This document shows positions 26,996-38,319 of a DNA stretch of 44,754 bases, one piece after another. Position numbers and translations under genes: made by a program. Positions within the stretch are counted from its first letter, which is position 1; every line of letters begins with the position of its first letter. The DNA is from Candidatus Limnocylindria bacterium (lineage in GTDB: Bacteria; Chloroflexota; Limnocylindria; QHBO01), in contig DASSIB010000030.1 of NCBI GenBank assembly GCA_035692365.1, positions 1 through 44,754 on the forward strand. Direction: 5' to 3'. The notes under the pieces are model-generated. The model did no database searches and was not told the origin of the DNA. It saw only the letters and a program-made list of their open reading frames with translations.

Positions 26996-27355
26996 CTACA
27001 GGTCGAGGCCGCCCTCGCGGGCGCCCTCGGTGAGCGAGCGAACCCGCCCGTGATATCGGTATCCGCCGCGGTCGAGCACCACGGCGCTGACCCCGGCCGC
27101 CTTCGCCCGCTGGGCGAGGGCGCGGCCGACCGCGCGGGCCGACTCGACCTTCCCCGGGCCACCGGTCAGGGTCGCCTCCCGGCTCGACGCCGAGGCGAGC
27201 GTGCGCCCGCTGCTGTCGTCGATCACCTGGGCGTAGATGTACTTCGCGCTGCGGAAGATCGAGAGCCGCGGACGCGCCGAGCTCCCCTCGAGCCGCAGCC
27301 GCAGCCGTTCGTGGCGCTTCCGCCGCAGCAGGTCGCGCGAGACCTTCTTGATCAT
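26996..27355 (-). CDS. rplR: 50S ribosomal protein L18
   Basis: [20 protein letters not shown] and [17 protein letters not shown]. The start overlaps the rplF TAA by 1 nt. Confidence 0.96.
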   Translation of the reverse strand: MIKKVSRDLLRRKRHERLRLRLEGSSARPRLSIFRSAKYIYAQVIDDSSGRTLASASSREATLTGGPGKVESARAVGRALAQRAKAAGVSAVVLDRGGYRYHGRVRSLTEGAREGGLDL

Positions 27356-27906
27356 TACTTGGCTCCCCCGACCTTGCCGGCCTTGCCGGCCTTGCGCAGG
27401 ATCTGCTCGCCGGCGTACCGGATCCCCTTGCCCTTGTAGGGCTCGGGCTTGCGCCGCGAGCGAATGTAGGCGGCCGTCTGGCCGACCAGCTCCTTGTCCG
27501 CCCCGACCACGGCCAGGCGCGTCGGCGTCTCCACCTGGAAGCTGATGCCGTCGGGCGGGTCCACCTCGACCGGGTGCGAGTAGCCCAGCGCCAGGACCAG
27601 CTTGGTGCCCTGCAGCTGGGCCCGATAGCCGACCCCGCTGATCTCGAGCCCCTTGGTGAAGCCGGTGGTCACGCCGACCACCATGTTGTTGACCAGCGTC
27701 CGGGTCAGCCCATGCAGGGCCCGATGGCGCGGCTCGTCGCTCGGCCGCACCACGCGCAGCTCGGCGTCGCCGCGCTCCACCACCATCTCGGGGTGGATCG
27801 ACCGCACGAGGGTGCCCAACGGCCCCTTTACGCTGAGGGTCGCCCCCTCCTGCGTTACCTCCACGCCCGACGGGAGCGGGATCGGCATCCGACCGATGCG
27901 TGACAT
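27355..27906 (-). CDS. rplF: 50S ribosomal protein L6
   Basis: [18 protein letters not shown]... and [11 protein letters not shown]. Confidence 0.96.
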   Translation of the reverse strand: MSRIGRMPIPLPSGVEVTQEGATLSVKGPLGTLVRSIHPEMVVERGDAELRVVRPSDEPRHRALHGLTRTLVNNMVVGVTTGFTKGLEISGVGYRAQLQGTKLVLALGYSHPVEVDPPDGISFQVETPTRLAVVGADKELVGQTAAYIRSRRKPEPYKGKGIRYAGEQILRKAGKAGKVGGAK

Positions 27907-27918
27907 CGCGTTCGCTCC

Positions 27919-28317
27919 TTACCAGACGTAGCAGAGGACCTCGCCACCGAGATTCAGCTTCCGGGCGCTCTGCCCGGTCATGATCCCGTGGGAGGTTGAG
28001 AGGATGGCCGTGCCGAGCCCGCCCAGGACGCGCGGGATCTCGGTCTTGCGGGCATAGACCCGCAGCCCCGGCTTGCTGATTCGCTTCAGGCCGCTGACGA
28101 CGGGCGTCTTGCCCTCGACGTACTTGAGCTGGATGGTGAGCAGCTCCTGCACGCCGTCCTGGCTCGTCGCGTACGACTCGATGAACCCCTCCTCGACCAG
28201 GATCCGCGCGATGTCGCGCTTGATGCGGGACGAGGGCAGGGTCAGCTCGCGATGCCGCGCCAGGCTCGCATTGCGAATCCTGGTCAGCATGTCGGCGATC
28301 GGGTCAGTCACATTCAT
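27919..28317 (-). CDS. rpsH: 30S ribosomal protein S8
   Basis: [17 protein letters not shown]..., ending in GGEVLCYVW. Confidence 0.97.
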   Translation of the reverse strand: MNVTDPIADMLTRIRNASLARHRELTLPSSRIKRDIARILVEEGFIESYATSQDGVQELLTIQLKYVEGKTPVVSGLKRISKPGLRVYARKTEIPRVLGGLGTAILSTSHGIMTGQSARKLNLGGEVLCYVW

Positions 28318-28416
28318 GTTTGCTTCTGTTTCTCCTCGGCGGTGGTTCGCCCCGTGCCCATCGGCATCGGCGCCTTCCGCTGATGGGGCCGCGTGGCGGC
28401 CGGTGGTCTCTTCGAG

Positions 28417-28602
28417 CTACCAGCTCGACTTGGTGACGCCGGGCAACTGACCCTCGAGGGCCCGCTCCCGGAAGCAGATGCGGCACAGCGCGAAGCGCCG
28501 CATGTAGCCGCGCGGTCGTCCGCAGACGGCACAGCGACTGTGTTGCTGGACGGCGAAGCGCGGCTTGCGCTGCGACTTCACCACCATCGACTTCTTGGCC
28601 AC
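28417..28602 (-). CDS. rpsZ: 30S ribosomal protein S14 type Z (zinc-binding)
   Basis: 61 aa with [20 protein letters not shown] (CxxC...CxxC). The GTG start is preceded by GAGGA. Confidence 0.95.
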   Translation of the reverse strand: MAKKSMVVKSQRKPRFAVQQHSRCAVCGRPRGYMRRFALCRICFRERALEGQLPGVTKSSW

Positions 28603-28613
28603 TCGAATCCTCG

Positions 28614-29282
28614 CTAACTGGCCTGGAACGGCATGCCGAGGAGCTGGAGGAGCTTCAGCCCCTCCTCATCGGTCCTGGCGGTGGTGACGATGCTGATCTC
28701 CATCCCCCGCAGGCGATCGATCTTGTCGTAGTCGATCTCCGGGTAGACGAGCTGCTCGCGCAGCCCCAGGCTGAAGTTGCCGCGCCCGTCGAACGAGTTG
28801 CGGCTGATCCCCCGGAAGTCGCGGATGCGGGGCAGCGCCAGACGCATGGTGCGCTCCAGGAAGTCGTACATCCGCTGCCCGCGCAGGGTCACCTTGGCAC
28901 CGATCGGCATCCCGGTCCGCAGGCGGAACTGGGCGATCGAGCGCTTCGCCTTGGTGATGATCGGCTTCTGGCCGGTGATCTGGGTCAGGTCTCCCACCGC
29001 GGCGTCAAGCGCCTTGGCGTTCTGGATCGCCTCGCCCAGGCCGATGTTCACGACCACCTTCTCGAGTCGCGGAATCTGCATCGCGTTCACGTAGCCGAAC
29101 TCGCGGCGCAGGGCCGGCGCAACCTCGTCCAGGTAGCGCCGCCGAAGTCCACCGGGCGCAGCCGGAGCGACGGCAGGGGCCTCCGGCGTCTCCGCCGGCT
29201 TGCGGCGGAGCGCACGCACCGGCTTCTCCGGCTTGGCCGGCTTGGCCGGCTTGGCCGGCTTGGCGGCAGTCTCGTCGCTCAC
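28614..29282 (-). CDS. rplE: 50S ribosomal protein L5 with an N-terminal extension of about 45 aa containing (AKP)n
   Basis: The L5 core runs from [40 protein letters not shown] onward. GTG 29282 overlaps the rplX TGA (GTGA). An in-frame GTG at 29219 is a shorter alternative. Confidence 0.9.
   Translation of the reverse strand: MSDETAAKPAKPAKPAKPEKPVRALRRKPAETPEAPAVAPAAPGGLRRRYLDEVAPALRREFGYVNAMQIPRLEKVVVNIGLGEAIQNAKALDAAVGDLTQITGQKPIITKAKRSIAQFRLRTGMPIGAKVTLRGQRMYDFLERTMRLALPRIRDFRGISRNSFDGRGNFSLGLREQLVYPEIDYDKIDRLRGMEISIVTTARTDEEGLKLLQLLGMPFQAS
29221..29265 (-). repeat. In-frame 9-bp tandem repeat (GGCTTGGCC on the plus strand): three perfect copies flanked by two imperfect ones
   Basis: Perfect units at 29230-29238, 29239-29247 and 29248-29256. 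Degenerate units at 29221-29229 and 29257-29265. It encodes the [15 protein letters not shown] segment of the L5 N-terminal extension. Confidence 0.9.
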
Positions 29283-29608
29283 TGGGCCACCTCCATCTGC
29301 TCGCCGCAGTGCTTGCAGACGCGGACGCGCTTGGTCCCGCCCTCGAGCAGCTGGTGCGAGATCCTGGTCGGCTTGTCGCAGCGCGGGCAGACGACCTGCA
29401 CGTTGCTGAGGTGGAGCGGCACGGGGAGGTCCAGGATGCCGGCCTGCTGCGTCCGCGAGCGCGGGCGCTGGTGACGCTTGGCCATGTTGATCCCGGGGAC
29501 CACCACGCCGAGGCCGCGCTTCGTGCGCTCGACGCGCTCGACCACGCCACGCTTGCCGCGATCCTTGCCGGCCAGCACGAGCACGGTGTCGCCCTTGCGA
29601 ATGTTCAT
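29279..29608 (-). CDS. rplX: 50S ribosomal protein L24 (Cys4 zinc-ribbon form)
   Basis: KOW motif in [24 protein letters not shown]-terminal [10 protein letters not shown]...RVCKHCGE, as in Thermus-type L24. Confidence 0.95.
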   Translation of the reverse strand: MNIRKGDTVLVLAGKDRGKRGVVERVERTKRGLGVVVPGINMAKRHQRPRSRTQQAGILDLPVPLHLSNVQVVCPRCDKPTRISHQLLEGGTKRVRVCKHCGEQMEVAQ

Positions 29609-29609
29609 C

Positions 29610-29978
29610 TCACAGCACCTCCGGGGCGAGCGAGACGATCTTCATGTAGTTGCGTTCGCGCAGCTCGCGAGCCACGGGCCCGAAGATGCGCGTCCCGCGT
29701 GGACTGCCCTGGGGCGTGATCAAGACCGCCGCGTTCTCGTCGAAGCGGATGTGGCTGCCGTCGGGGCGGCCATATTCCTTGGCGGTGCGCACGATGACGG
29801 CGCGGACCACCTCGCCCTTCTTCACGCCGGTGTTGGGCAAGGCCTGCTTGACGCTGGCAACGATGACATCGCCGACCTCGGCGGTGTCGCTGCTCGAGCG
29901 ACCGATGACGGTGATGCACATCAGCTCGCGCGCGCCGGAGTTGTCGGCGACTCGCAGCCGTGTGTACTGCCGGATCAT
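29610..29978 (-). CDS. rplN: 50S ribosomal protein L14
   Basis: [28 protein letters not shown] overlap with the rpsQ stop. Confidence 0.97.
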   Translation of the reverse strand: MIRQYTRLRVADNSGARELMCITVIGRSSSDTAEVGDVIVASVKQALPNTGVKKGEVVRAVIVRTAKEYGRPDGSHIRFDENAAVLITPQGSPRGTRIFGPVARELRERNYMKIVSLAPEVL

Positions 29979-30250
29979 GCGGTGTCCACCAGCTCCTCGC
30001 CCGACCCGCGGGCGACCACCTCGATGACGGTCCAGCGCTTCTGGCGGGAGAGCGGGCGGCTCTCCTCGATGCGCACCGTGTCCCCGACGTGCGCCGAGTT
30101 CTCCTCGTCGTGCGCCTTGAACTTGCTGGACAGCCGGACGACGCGCTTGTAGATCGGGTGCCTTCGCAGCCGCTCGACGCTCACCACGACCGTCTTGTCC
30201 ATCTTGTCCGAGATGACGCGGCCGACCTTGGTACGACGCTTGCCTGCCAT
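29975..30250 (-). CDS. rpsQ: 30S ribosomal protein S17
   Basis: ORF trimmed to ATG 30250 ([28 protein letters not shown]). 1-nt overlap with the rpmC TGA. Confidence 0.95.
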   Translation of the reverse strand: MAGKRRTKVGRVISDKMDKTVVVSVERLRRHPIYKRVVRLSSKFKAHDEENSAHVGDTVRIEESRPLSRQKRWTVIEVVARGSGEELVDTA

Positions 30251-30483
30251 CAGCTGGCCTTCTCGATGTCCGCAGCCGCGTCGTCGGCGGCGTGCTGACG
30301 CTCGGTCATCACGGTGAGGATGCGGGCGATCCGCTTGCGGGTCGCGGGCAGCCGGCTGTAGTTCTTCTCCTGGCGGGTGGCCAGGTCGAAGCGAATCTTC
30401 CACAGCTCCTGCTTGGCATCGACGAGCGCGCTCTGCAGGTCGAGGTCCGACAGCCCCCGGATCTCGTTGATATCCATGATCAC
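30250..30483 (-). CDS. rpmC: 50S ribosomal protein L29
   Basis: [29 protein letters not shown]. The start is GTG 30483 (GTGA with the rplP stop), or alternatively ATG 30477. Confidence 0.93.
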   Translation of the reverse strand: MIMDINEIRGLSDLDLQSALVDAKQELWKIRFDLATRQEKNYSRLPATRKRIARILTVMTERQHAADDAAADIEKAS

Positions 30484-30893
30484 GCGCCCTCCTTGGCGAC
30501 GAACCTGGTCTGAATCGGCAGCTTGTGGCTGGCCAGTCGCATCGCCTCGCGAGCGATCTCCTCCGGCACGCCCGACATCTCGAACATGACCCGGCCGGGC
30601 TTCACCACCGCGACCCAGTGGTCAGGGGCACCCTTGCCGGAGCCCATCCGGACCTCGGCCGGCTTCTTGGTCACCGGCTTGTCGGGGAAGACCCGGATCC
30701 AGATCCGGCCTCCCCGCTTGATGTGATGGGTCATGGCACGCCGCGCCGCCTCGATCTGGCGGCTGGTCAGCCAGCAGACCTCCTCGGCCATCAGCCCGAA
30801 CTCACCAAAGCTGACGGTGGTGCCTCCCTTTGCCAGCCCACGGCGGCGGCCACGCTGGACCTTGCGGTGAGTCACCCGCTTCGGCATCAACAT
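30480..30893 (-). CDS. rplP: 50S ribosomal protein L16
   Basis: [19 protein letters not shown]... and [24 protein letters not shown]. Confidence 0.97.
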   Translation of the reverse strand: MLMPKRVTHRKVQRGRRRGLAKGGTTVSFGEFGLMAEEVCWLTSRQIEAARRAMTHHIKRGGRIWIRVFPDKPVTKKPAEVRMGSGKGAPDHWVAVVKPGRVMFEMSGVPEEIAREAMRLASHKLPIQTRFVAKEGA

Positions 30894-30895
30894 GA

Positions 30896-31654
30896 CTAGG
30901 CCTCCTCGGCGGCGCCGGCGGGCGTCGCCTCTGCGGCTGCGGCGGTGGCTGCGGGGGTCGCGCGGGTGCGTGTGCGGGCGGTGCGCTGGCGTGGCTCGCG
31001 GGGCTCGGTCCGAGCCGAGCCGGGTCGCTCGCCGAGCTGGTCACCGCGATAGACCCACACCTTCACCCCGATGCGTCCGTAGGTGGTGCGCGCATGGACT
31101 ACGCCGTAGCTGATATCGGCGCGCAGCGTCCCGAGCGGGATGCGCCCCTCCTTGTCCCACTCGGTGCGGCTCATCTCCGCCCCGCCGAGGCGACCGGAGA
31201 CCTGGATCTTCACGCCCTTGGCGCCAGCCTTGATGGTGCGCTGCACGGTCTGCTTGACCGCCTTGCGGAAGGCGATCCGGCGCTCCAGCTGGCCGGCCAC
31301 GTTCTGCGCGACGAGGACCGCGTCGAGCTCGGGCTGCAGGATCTCCTTGATCTCGAGCTTGACCTTCTTGTCGGTCAGCTTCCCGATCGAGTTGCGCAGC
31401 AGCTCGACGTTCGCTCCGCCCTTGCCGATGACGATCCCCGGCTTGGCCGAATGAACGGTGACGGTGACGTGGTTGATGCCGCGCTCGATCTCGACCTGGC
31501 TGACGCTCGCGTTGGCCAGCTGCTTGCTGACCAGGGCGCGGATCTTCATGTCCTCCTGGAGGAGGGTGGCGTAGTCGCGATCGGCGTACCACTTCGCCAG
31601 CCATGGCTTGTTGATCCCGATCCGGAAGCCGTAGGGATGAACCTTGTGTCCCAT
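30896..31654 (-). CDS. rpsC: 30S ribosomal protein S3 (with a low-complexity C-terminal tail)
   Basis: [18 protein letters not shown]... KH and S3-C domains, followed by a tail of about 45 aa rich in Arg, Thr, Ala and Glu. Confidence 0.96.
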   Translation of the reverse strand: MGHKVHPYGFRIGINKPWLAKWYADRDYATLLQEDMKIRALVSKQLANASVSQVEIERGINHVTVTVHSAKPGIVIGKGGANVELLRNSIGKLTDKKVKLEIKEILQPELDAVLVAQNVAGQLERRIAFRKAVKQTVQRTIKAGAKGVKIQVSGRLGGAEMSRTEWDKEGRIPLGTLRADISYGVVHARTTYGRIGVKVWVYRGDQLGERPGSARTEPREPRQRTARTRTRATPAATAAAAEATPAGAAEEA

Positions 31655-31995
31655 CAGGACTCCTCTCGATCGGCCACGGCGACCGTGATGTGGCTGGTTC
31701 GCTTCAGGATGCTGAAGGTGCGGCCCTGCGCTCGGGGCCGGAATCGCTTGAGGGTCGGTCCCTCGTTGGCGGTGGCACTCAGCACGCGGAGCTCATCGGC
31801 CGAGAGGTTGAAGTTGTTCTCGGCGTTGGCTGTCGCGCTCTTGAGGACCTTCGCCACGTCGCGGGCAGCCGCGTTCGGCAGGAAGCGCAGGATGGCGGCA
31901 GCCTCCTCGACCGGCTTGCCGGTGATCAGGTCGGTCACCAGGCGCACCTTGCGCGGGCTGATGCGGATGTACTTGGCGGTGGCGATGACTCGCAT
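31654..31995 (-). CDS. rplV: 50S ribosomal protein L22
   Basis: [18 protein letters not shown] and [20 protein letters not shown]. Confidence 0.96.
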   Translation of the reverse strand: MRVIATAKYIRISPRKVRLVTDLITGKPVEEAAAILRFLPNAAARDVAKVLKSATANAENNFNLSADELRVLSATANEGPTLKRFRPRAQGRTFSILKRTSHITVAVADREES

Positions 31996-32007
31996 GTCAG
32001 AGCATTC

Positions 32008-32292
32008 CTACTTCAGTGCCGTGGAGCGATCCGTGGCCTTGCCGTGGCCGCGGTAGTGACGGGTGGGGGCGAACTCGCCGAGGCGGTGCCCGACCATGTT
32101 CTCGGTGACGAAGACCGGCACGTGGCGCTTGCCGTCGTGCACGGCGATCGTGTGCCCGATCATCTGCGGGAAGATCACGCTCGGGCGCGACCAGGTCTTC
32201 AGCACCTTGCGCTCGTTGCGCTTGTTCATCTCGTCGATGCGGCCGAGGAGGCGTGCATCGACGAAGGGTCCCTTCTTGACGGAACGGCTCAT
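32008..32292 (-). CDS. rpsS: 30S ribosomal protein S19
   Basis: [12 protein letters not shown]... and [17 protein letters not shown]. Confidence 0.97.
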   Translation of the reverse strand: MSRSVKKGPFVDARLLGRIDEMNKRNERKVLKTWSRPSVIFPQMIGHTIAVHDGKRHVPVFVTENMVGHRLGEFAPTRHYRGHGKATDRSTALK

Positions 32293-32301
32293 CGCGCTCT
32301 C

Positions 32302-33132
32302 CTACCCTCGTCCATATCGACGACGGACGATCATCTTGCCGGTCGTCTTGTTCTTGCGGGTGCGCAGCCCCATGGCGGGCTTGCCCCATGGTGTCTTGGG
32401 CGGCATCCCGGTCGGGGACTTGCCCTCACCGCCGCCGTGCGGGTGGTCGCGCGGGTTCATGACGACGCCCCGGACCTCGGGCCGGCGGCCCATGTGGCGG
32501 CTCCGTCCCGCCTTGCCGATGTTCTGGTTCTCGTGGTCCAGGTTGCTCACCTGGCCGACGGTGGCCATGCAGTTGGCGCGCACCCGTCGGACTTCGCCGG
32601 AGGGGAGCCGGATGGTCGCCATCTGGCCCTCCTTGGCGAGCAGCTGGGCGCTACTGCCGGCGCTGCGCACGATCTGGCCGCCGCGACCGGCGACCATCTC
32701 GACGTTGTGGATCTGCGTGCCGAGCGGCATCCGTCCGAGCGGAAGCGCATTCCCGACGCGAGCCTCGGCGTCCTCGCCGGAGACGACGACGTCGCCGACT
32801 CCCAGGCCGTGAGGCAGGAGCATGTAGCGCTTGTCGCCGTCGGCGTAATGAAGGAGGCCGATGCGGGCCGAGCGGTTCGGGTCGTACTCGACCGTGGCGA
32901 TCGTGGCCGGCACGCCGAACTTGTCGCGCTTCCAGTCGATCACGCGGTAGAGGCGCTTATGGCCGGCGCCCTGGTGGCGGACGGTCAGCCTCCCCTGGCT
33001 GTTTCGTCCCGCCTTGCGAACGAGGCGCTCGGTCAGCGGCTTGTGCGGCTCATCCGTCGTGATCTCGTCGAAGGTCGAGCGCGTCATCTGGCGCAGGCCA
33101 GGGCTGGTGGGTCGGTAGTTGCGAAGTGGCAT
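32302..33132 (-). CDS. rplB: 50S ribosomal protein L2
   Basis: 276 aa with [19 protein letters not shown] and [14 protein letters not shown]. Confidence 0.97.
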   Translation of the reverse strand: MPLRNYRPTSPGLRQMTRSTFDEITTDEPHKPLTERLVRKAGRNSQGRLTVRHQGAGHKRLYRVIDWKRDKFGVPATIATVEYDPNRSARIGLLHYADGDKRYMLLPHGLGVGDVVVSGEDAEARVGNALPLGRMPLGTQIHNVEMVAGRGGQIVRSAGSSAQLLAKEGQMATIRLPSGEVRRVRANCMATVGQVSNLDHENQNIGKAGRSRHMGRRPEVRGVVMNPRDHPHGGGEGKSPTGMPPKTPWGKPAMGLRTRKNKTTGKMIVRRRYGRG

Positions 33133-33137
33133 CAGCG

Positions 33138-33434
33138 TTACACGGCCTCGAAGAGTTCGATCTTCTGCCCGGCGGCGATGGTCACGACCGCCTTGCGCCA
33201 GCCGGGGACGGTGCCCATCGTTCGGCGGCCACGCCGCTTCTGCTTCGGCTTGACCCAGAGCACGCGGACGCCGAGGACGGTCACCTTGAACTCGGCCTCG
33301 ACGGCGTCCTTGATCTGGAACTTGTTCGCATCCCGTCCGACCATGAACGTGTAGTTGTTGCGCTCCGTCTGGGCGACGCTCTTCTCGCTGATCACCGGGC
33401 GGATGAGGATGTCGTGGACGCTGACGGCGGTCAT
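33138..33434 (-). CDS. rplW: 50S ribosomal protein L23
   Basis: The long ORF is trimmed to ATG 33434 ([19 protein letters not shown]), which forms ATGA with the rplD stop. Confidence 0.94.
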   Translation of the reverse strand: MTAVSVHDILIRPVISEKSVAQTERNNYTFMVGRDANKFQIKDAVEAEFKVTVLGVRVLWVKPKQKRRGRRTMGTVPGWRKAVVTIAAGQKIELFEAV

Positions 33435-34060
33435 CCGTACACCTCCTGGGCGCGTGCCAGGGCGTCGGCAGTGAAGACGATCGTGTCCGCCTCGAGCAGG
33501 TCGACCACGTTCAGGCTGTCGGCGAGCAGGACGCGCACCTCGCGCAGGTTGCGGCACGAGCGCTCGACGATCGGGTCGCGGGCAGGCAGCACCACGAGCA
33601 CCTTGCCCTCGGTCTTCCAGGCCACGAGCCGCTCCGCGAAGGCCCTGGTCCCCATCGTCTCGAGGCCGAACCCCTCGACGACGCGGAGCGCGCCGTCGTC
33701 CGCCTTCCCGCTCAGGACGCCCTGCAGCGCGGCGCGGCGCATCTTGGCCGGCATGCGCTGGGCGTAGCCACGAGGGTGCGGGCCGAAGACGACGCCGCCA
33801 CCCTTCCAGTGCGGGGCCGAGCGGGTCCCCTGTCGGGCGCGGCCGGTCCCCTTCTGGCGCCAAGGCTTCTTCCCGCCGCCTCGGACCTCGCCGCGGGTCA
33901 GCGTGTCGGCGGTGCCGAGGCGCTGCCCTGCCAGCTGGCGGACGACCGCCTGGTGGATGAGTGCCTCGTTCACCGGCGCGGCGAAGAGCGAAGGGGCGAG
34001 GTCCACCTTGCCCGCCTCGGACCCACTGACGTTGAGGATCGATGCCTTGTCCATGCTCAC
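33431..34060 (-). CDS. rplD: 50S ribosomal protein L4
   Basis: [34 protein letters not shown]. The start is GTG 34060 (GTGA with the rplC stop), or alternatively ATG 34054. Confidence 0.95.
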   Translation of the reverse strand: MSMDKASILNVSGSEAGKVDLAPSLFAAPVNEALIHQAVVRQLAGQRLGTADTLTRGEVRGGGKKPWRQKGTGRARQGTRSAPHWKGGGVVFGPHPRGYAQRMPAKMRRAALQGVLSGKADDGALRVVEGFGLETMGTRAFAERLVAWKTEGKVLVVLPARDPIVERSCRNLREVRVLLADSLNVVDLLEADTIVFTADALARAQEVYG

Positions 34061-34680
34061 TTCGCCTTCTGCACGAGCAGGACCGCGTTGCGCGCGCCCG
34101 GGACGGCGCCCTTGACGAGGATCAGGTTGCGTTCGGTGTCGACCTTCACGACCTGCATCTTCTTGACGGTCACCCGGTCGTCGCCCATATGGCCGCCCAT
34201 CCGCGTGCCACGGAAGACGCGGCCCGGCGTGGTGCCGGCGCCGATCGAGCCGGGCTGGCGGATGTTCGTCGAGCCGTGGGTCTTCGGACCGCGCTTGAAG
34301 TGATGCCGGGCGATGGTGCCGGTAAAGCCATGCCCCTTGCTTACACCGGTCACGTCGACGAGGTCGCCGGCCGCGAAGAGGCTGACGTCGATCCGCTGGC
34401 CGAGCTCGAAGCCGTCGGTCGACTCGACCCGGAACTCGCGGACGTGGCGCGGCCGCTGCAGCTCCTTGTCGAGCTCCTTGAACTGGCCGGCAACCGGCTT
34501 GCTCTGGCGCTTGGCGGAGCCCGCGCCGACCTGCAGGGCGGCATAGCCGTCCCGCTCCGTCGTGCGGAGCCGCGTGACGCTGTTGGGCGTCGCCTCGATG
34601 ACGCTCACCGGGACGACGCTGCCGTCGTCACCGAAGATCCGCGTCATCCCGAGCTTGCGCCCGATCAATCCTGCCGGCAC
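34057..34680 (-). CDS. rplC: 50S ribosomal protein L3
   Basis: [16 protein letters not shown]... and [17 protein letters not shown]. Confidence 0.97.
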   Translation of the reverse strand: MPAGLIGRKLGMTRIFGDDGSVVPVSVIEATPNSVTRLRTTERDGYAALQVGAGSAKRQSKPVAGQFKELDKELQRPRHVREFRVESTDGFELGQRIDVSLFAAGDLVDVTGVSKGHGFTGTIARHHFKRGPKTHGSTNIRQPGSIGAGTTPGRVFRGTRMGGHMGDDRVTVKKMQVVKVDTERNLILVKGAVPGARNAVLLVQKAK

Positions 34681-34699
34681 TGCTTCTCTCGTTCCCCAA

Positions 34700-35008
34700 T
34701 CACATCTTGATTTCGATGTCGACGCCTGCTGCCAGGCTCAGCCGCATCAGCGCATCCACCGTCTTCGTCGACGGGTCGATGATGTCGATCAGCCGCTTGT
34801 GCGTCCGGATCTCGAACTGCTCCCGGCCGTCCTTGTGGACGAACGGGCCGCGGATGACCGTGTACTTCTCGATCCGCGTCGGCAACGGAACCGGGCCGGC
34901 GATGCCGGCGCCGGTCCGCTGCGCCGTCTCCACGATCTGCTCGGCCGACTGGTCGAGCAGCTTGTGGTCGTACGCCTTGAGCCGGATGCGGATGCGCTGT
35001 TTGGCCAT
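34700..35008 (-). CDS. rpsJ: 30S ribosomal protein S10
   Basis: [21 protein letters not shown]... and RTHKRLIDI. Confidence 0.97.
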   Translation of the reverse strand: MAKQRIRIRLKAYDHKLLDQSAEQIVETAQRTGAGIAGPVPLPTRIEKYTVIRGPFVHKDGREQFEIRTHKRLIDIIDPSTKTVDALMRLSLAAGVDIEIKM

Positions 35009-35015
35009 CGTCTGA

Positions 35016-36215
35016 TCAGCTCAGCGCTGTGATCACGCCGGCGCCGACGGTGTGCCCGCCCTCGCGGATGGCGAAGCGCTGACCCTGTTCGATCGCGATC
35101 GGCGTGATCAGCTCGACGTCGATGTTCACGTTGTCGCCGGGCATGATCATCTCCACGCCGGGGGGCATCGAGATGGCACCGGTGACATCGGTCGTGCGCA
35201 GGTAGAACTGCGGACGGTAGCCGGCGTAGAACGGCGTGTGGCGGCCGCCCTCCTCCTTGGTGAGGACGAGCACCTCGGCCTTGAACTTGGTGCCGGGCTT
35301 GACGCTGCCGGGCTTGGCCATCACCTGGCCGCGCTCCAGCTCTTCGCGCTCGATGCCTCGCAGGAGGAGGCCGACGTTGTCGCCTGCCTGCCCCTCGTCG
35401 AGGGTCTTCTTGAACATCTCGACGCCGGTCACCACCAGCTGGCGGCTCTTGGCATGGATCCCGACCAGCTCCACCGTGTCGCGGGTGTGGACCACGCCGC
35501 GCTCGATCCGGCCGGTGGCCACCGTGCCGCGGCCCTTGATGCCGAAGACGTCCTCGATCGGCATCAGGAAGGGCTTGTCGACCTCGCGCACCGGGGTCGG
35601 GATGTAGTTGTCGACCGCGTCCATCAGCTCCTTGATGGAGGCGTACTCCGGGGCGTCCTGGTCGGTCGAGGTGGACTCGAGCGCCTTGAGCGCCGAGCCG
35701 CGGATGACCGGGGTCTCTTCGCCGGGGAAGTCGTACTTGGTGAGGAGCTCGCGGACCTCCATCTCGACCAGGTCGATGAGCATCTCATCGTCGACCATGT
35801 CGACCTTGTTCAGGTACACGACCAGGGAAGGGACCTCGACCTGGCGGGCGAGGAGGATGTGCTCGCGGGTCTGCGGCATCGGGCCGTCCGCGGCCGACAC
35901 GACCAGGATCGCGCCGTCCATCTGGGCGGCGCCGGTGATCATGTTCTTGATGTAGTCCGCGTGGCCGGGGCAGTCCACGTGCGCGTAGTGACGGTTCGCC
36001 GTCTGGTACTCGACGTGGCTGATCGCGATCGTGATCCCGCGCTGCCGCTCCTCAGGAGCGTTATCGATCGAATCGAAGGCGCGGAAGTCAGCACCGCCCT
36101 GGAGGGCGAGGTACTTGGTGATCGCGGCGGTCAGGGTCGTCTTGCCATGGTCGACATGACCAATGGTGCCCACGTTGACGTGTGGCTTGCTGCGGTCGAA
36201 CTTCTGCTTTGCCAT
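35016..36215 (-). CDS. tuf: Elongation factor Tu
   Basis: 399 aa with [18 protein letters not shown] and NKVD GTPase motifs. AAGGA lies 6 nt upstream of the ATG. Confidence 0.98.
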   Translation of the reverse strand: MAKQKFDRSKPHVNVGTIGHVDHGKTTLTAAITKYLALQGGADFRAFDSIDNAPEERQRGITIAISHVEYQTANRHYAHVDCPGHADYIKNMITGAAQMDGAILVVSAADGPMPQTREHILLARQVEVPSLVVYLNKVDMVDDEMLIDLVEMEVRELLTKYDFPGEETPVIRGSALKALESTSTDQDAPEYASIKELMDAVDNYIPTPVREVDKPFLMPIEDVFGIKGRGTVATGRIERGVVHTRDTVELVGIHAKSRQLVVTGVEMFKKTLDEGQAGDNVGLLLRGIEREELERGQVMAKPGSVKPGTKFKAEVLVLTKEEGGRHTPFYAGYRPQFYLRTTDVTGAISMPPGVEMIMPGDNVNIDVELITPIAIEQGQRFAIREGGHTVGAGVITALS

Positions 36216-36236
36216 GGTGTGTCCTTCGTCGCTCCT

Positions 36237-38315
36237 TTAGCTCTTGGACTTCGCGATCAGCTCGGCGGCCAGGTTGGCCGGGACTTCTGAGTAACGGGAG
36301 AATTCCATCGAGTACGTGGCACGGCCCTGGGTCATGCTGCGCAGCTCGGTGGCGTAGCCGAACATCTCGGCCAGGGGGACGTGGGCGGTGATGACGCGCG
36401 AGCTGCCCCGCTCGTCGACCCCGTCCATGTGCCCGCGCTTGCTGTTGAGGTTGCCGATGACGTCGCCCATGAACTCCTCCGGGGCGACGACCTCGACCTT
36501 CATCACCGGCTCCAGGATCGCCGGATCGGCCTTGCTGACTCCGTCCTTGGCGGCCATCGAGCCGGCGATCTTGAAGGCCATCTCCGACGAGTCGACCTCG
36601 TGGAACGATCCGTCGATGAGGGTCGCCCGCAGGTCGATCACCGGGAAGCCGGCGACCACGCCGCCCGCGAGGGCGTCGCGGATGCCCTGCTCGATCGGCT
36701 TGAAGAACTCCTTCGGCACCGAGCCGCCCACGATCTTCGAGACGAACTCGACACCGCCCCCGCGATCCAGTGGCTCGAGGGTGATGACCGCATGCCCGTA
36801 CTGGCCCTTGCCGCCGGTCTGTCGCACGAAGCGACCCTCGCCCTTGACGGCCTTGCGGATCGTCTCCCGATAGCTGACCTGCGGGCGGCCGACGTTGGCC
36901 TGCACCTTGAACTCGCGCAGCATACGGTCGACGATCACCTCGAGGTGCAGCTCGCCCATGCCGGCGATCCGGGTCTGGCCCGACTCCTCGTCACTGCTGA
37001 CCCGGAAGGTCGGGTCCTCCTCGCCGAGGCGCTGCAGGGCGATCGACATCTTGTCCTGGTCCGCCTTGGTCTTGGGCTCGACCGCCAGCTCGATCACCGG
37101 CTCGGGGAAGGTGATGTTCTCGAGCACGATCGGCTTCGCCTCGTCGCACAGCGTGTCGCCGGTGAAGGTGACCTTGAGCCCGACCGCGGCGGCGATGTCG
37201 CCGGCGCTGACCGACTCGATCTCCTCGCGATGGTTGGCGTGCAGCTCGATCAGGCGCCCGATCCGCTCCTTCTCGCCCTTGGTGGCGTTGTAGACGTAGG
37301 AGCCGGTCTTGAGCGTCCCGGAGTAGACGCGGAAGAAGGCGAGCTTGCCGACGAAGGGGTCGGCCGCGATCTTGAAGGCGAGCGCGGCGAACGGCTCTGC
37401 CGGATCAGCGTGTCGCGTCACCTGCTCGCCGCTCCGCGGGTCGGTGCCGATCACCGCCGCCACGTCGAGCGGCGAGGGGAGGTACTCGATCACCGCGTCG
37501 AGCATCGGCTGGACGCCCTTGTTCTTGAGGGCCGAGCCGCACAGGACGGGGATGATCTTGGAGGCCAGCGTGCCGGCGCGCAGGGCGCGGCGCAGGGAGT
37601 CGGCGTCCACCTCCTGCCCCTCCAGGAAGCGATGTGCGATGTCGTCATCGAGGTCCGCGACCGCCTCCACCAGCTTGTCGCGCCACTTGGCAGCGTCCTC
37701 CGCCAGCTCGGCAGGGATCTCGCCAACCTCCACCAGGTCGCCAAGGTCGCTGCCGTAGGTGATCGCCTGCATCTCGAGCAGGTCGATCACGCCCCGGAAG
37801 CCCCCCTCGGTGCCGATCGGCAGCTGGACCGGCACCGCGGTGGCGCCCAGCCGGTCACGGATCATGTCGACCACGCGCCAGAAGTCGGCCCCGGTGCGGT
37901 CGAGCTTGTTGACGAAGCAGAAGCGCGGCACCCGGTAGCGATCGGCCTGGCGCCAGACCGTCTCCGACTGGGGCTCGACGCCCGCCACGCCGTCGAAGAC
38001 GACCACCGCGCCGTCGAGCACGCGGAGGCTGCGCTCGACCTCGACCGTAAAATCCACGTGCCCGGGCGTGTCAATCAAGTTGATGCGATGATCTCGCCAG
38101 AAACAGGTCGTGGCGGCGGCGGTGATGGTGATCCCCCGCTCCTGCTCCTGCTCCATCCAGTCCATGGTGGCGGCGCCCTCGTGGACCTCGCCGAGCTTGT
38201 AGATCTTCTTCGTGTAGAAGAGGATCCGCTCGGAGACAGTCGTCTTGCCGGCGTCGATGTGGGCGATGATCCCGATATTGCGGGTCGTCTGGAGCGGGTA
38301 TGCCTGGGTCATCAT
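36237..38315 (-). CDS. fusA: Elongation factor G
   Basis: ORF 36237..38456 trimmed to ATG 38315 ([26 protein letters not shown]), 4 nt after the rpsG stop. The result is 692 aa. Confidence 0.97.
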   Translation of the reverse strand: MMTQAYPLQTTRNIGIIAHIDAGKTTVSERILFYTKKIYKLGEVHEGAATMDWMEQEQERGITITAAATTCFWRDHRINLIDTPGHVDFTVEVERSLRVLDGAVVVFDGVAGVEPQSETVWRQADRYRVPRFCFVNKLDRTGADFWRVVDMIRDRLGATAVPVQLPIGTEGGFRGVIDLLEMQAITYGSDLGDLVEVGEIPAELAEDAAKWRDKLVEAVADLDDDIAHRFLEGQEVDADSLRRALRAGTLASKIIPVLCGSALKNKGVQPMLDAVIEYLPSPLDVAAVIGTDPRSGEQVTRHADPAEPFAALAFKIAADPFVGKLAFFRVYSGTLKTGSYVYNATKGEKERIGRLIELHANHREEIESVSAGDIAAAVGLKVTFTGDTLCDEAKPIVLENITFPEPVIELAVEPKTKADQDKMSIALQRLGEEDPTFRVSSDEESGQTRIAGMGELHLEVIVDRMLREFKVQANVGRPQVSYRETIRKAVKGEGRFVRQTGGKGQYGHAVITLEPLDRGGGVEFVSKIVGGSVPKEFFKPIEQGIRDALAGGVVAGFPVIDLRATLIDGSFHEVDSSEMAFKIAGSMAAKDGVSKADPAILEPVMKVEVVAPEEFMGDVIGNLNSKRGHMDGVDERGSSRVITAHVPLAEMFGYATELRSMTQGRATYSMEFSRYSEVPANLAAELIAKSKS

Positions 38316-38319
38316 CGGC

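Noticed and set aside
28314-28532. 72-aa minus-strand ORF overlapping rpsZ
   Set aside because: Most of it overlaps the conserved S14 gene in another frame and is Arg/Ala/Pro-rich. Only its last 17 codons, which lie in the spacer, are discussed, and only as a speculative upstream ORF.
29221-29265. Considered the 9-bp tandem repeat as a possible CRISPR-like or non-coding VNTR element
   Set aside because: The units are contiguous with no spacers. They are in frame and encode the AKP repeats of the L5 N-terminal extension. It is reported as a coding repeat instead.
34681-35015. Looked for classical r-protein leaders: the S10/L4 leader before rpsJ and the L13 leader before rplM
   Set aside because: tuf-rpsJ are 7 nt apart, and truA overlaps rplM (GTGA). 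There is no leader-sized non-coding RNA at either site.
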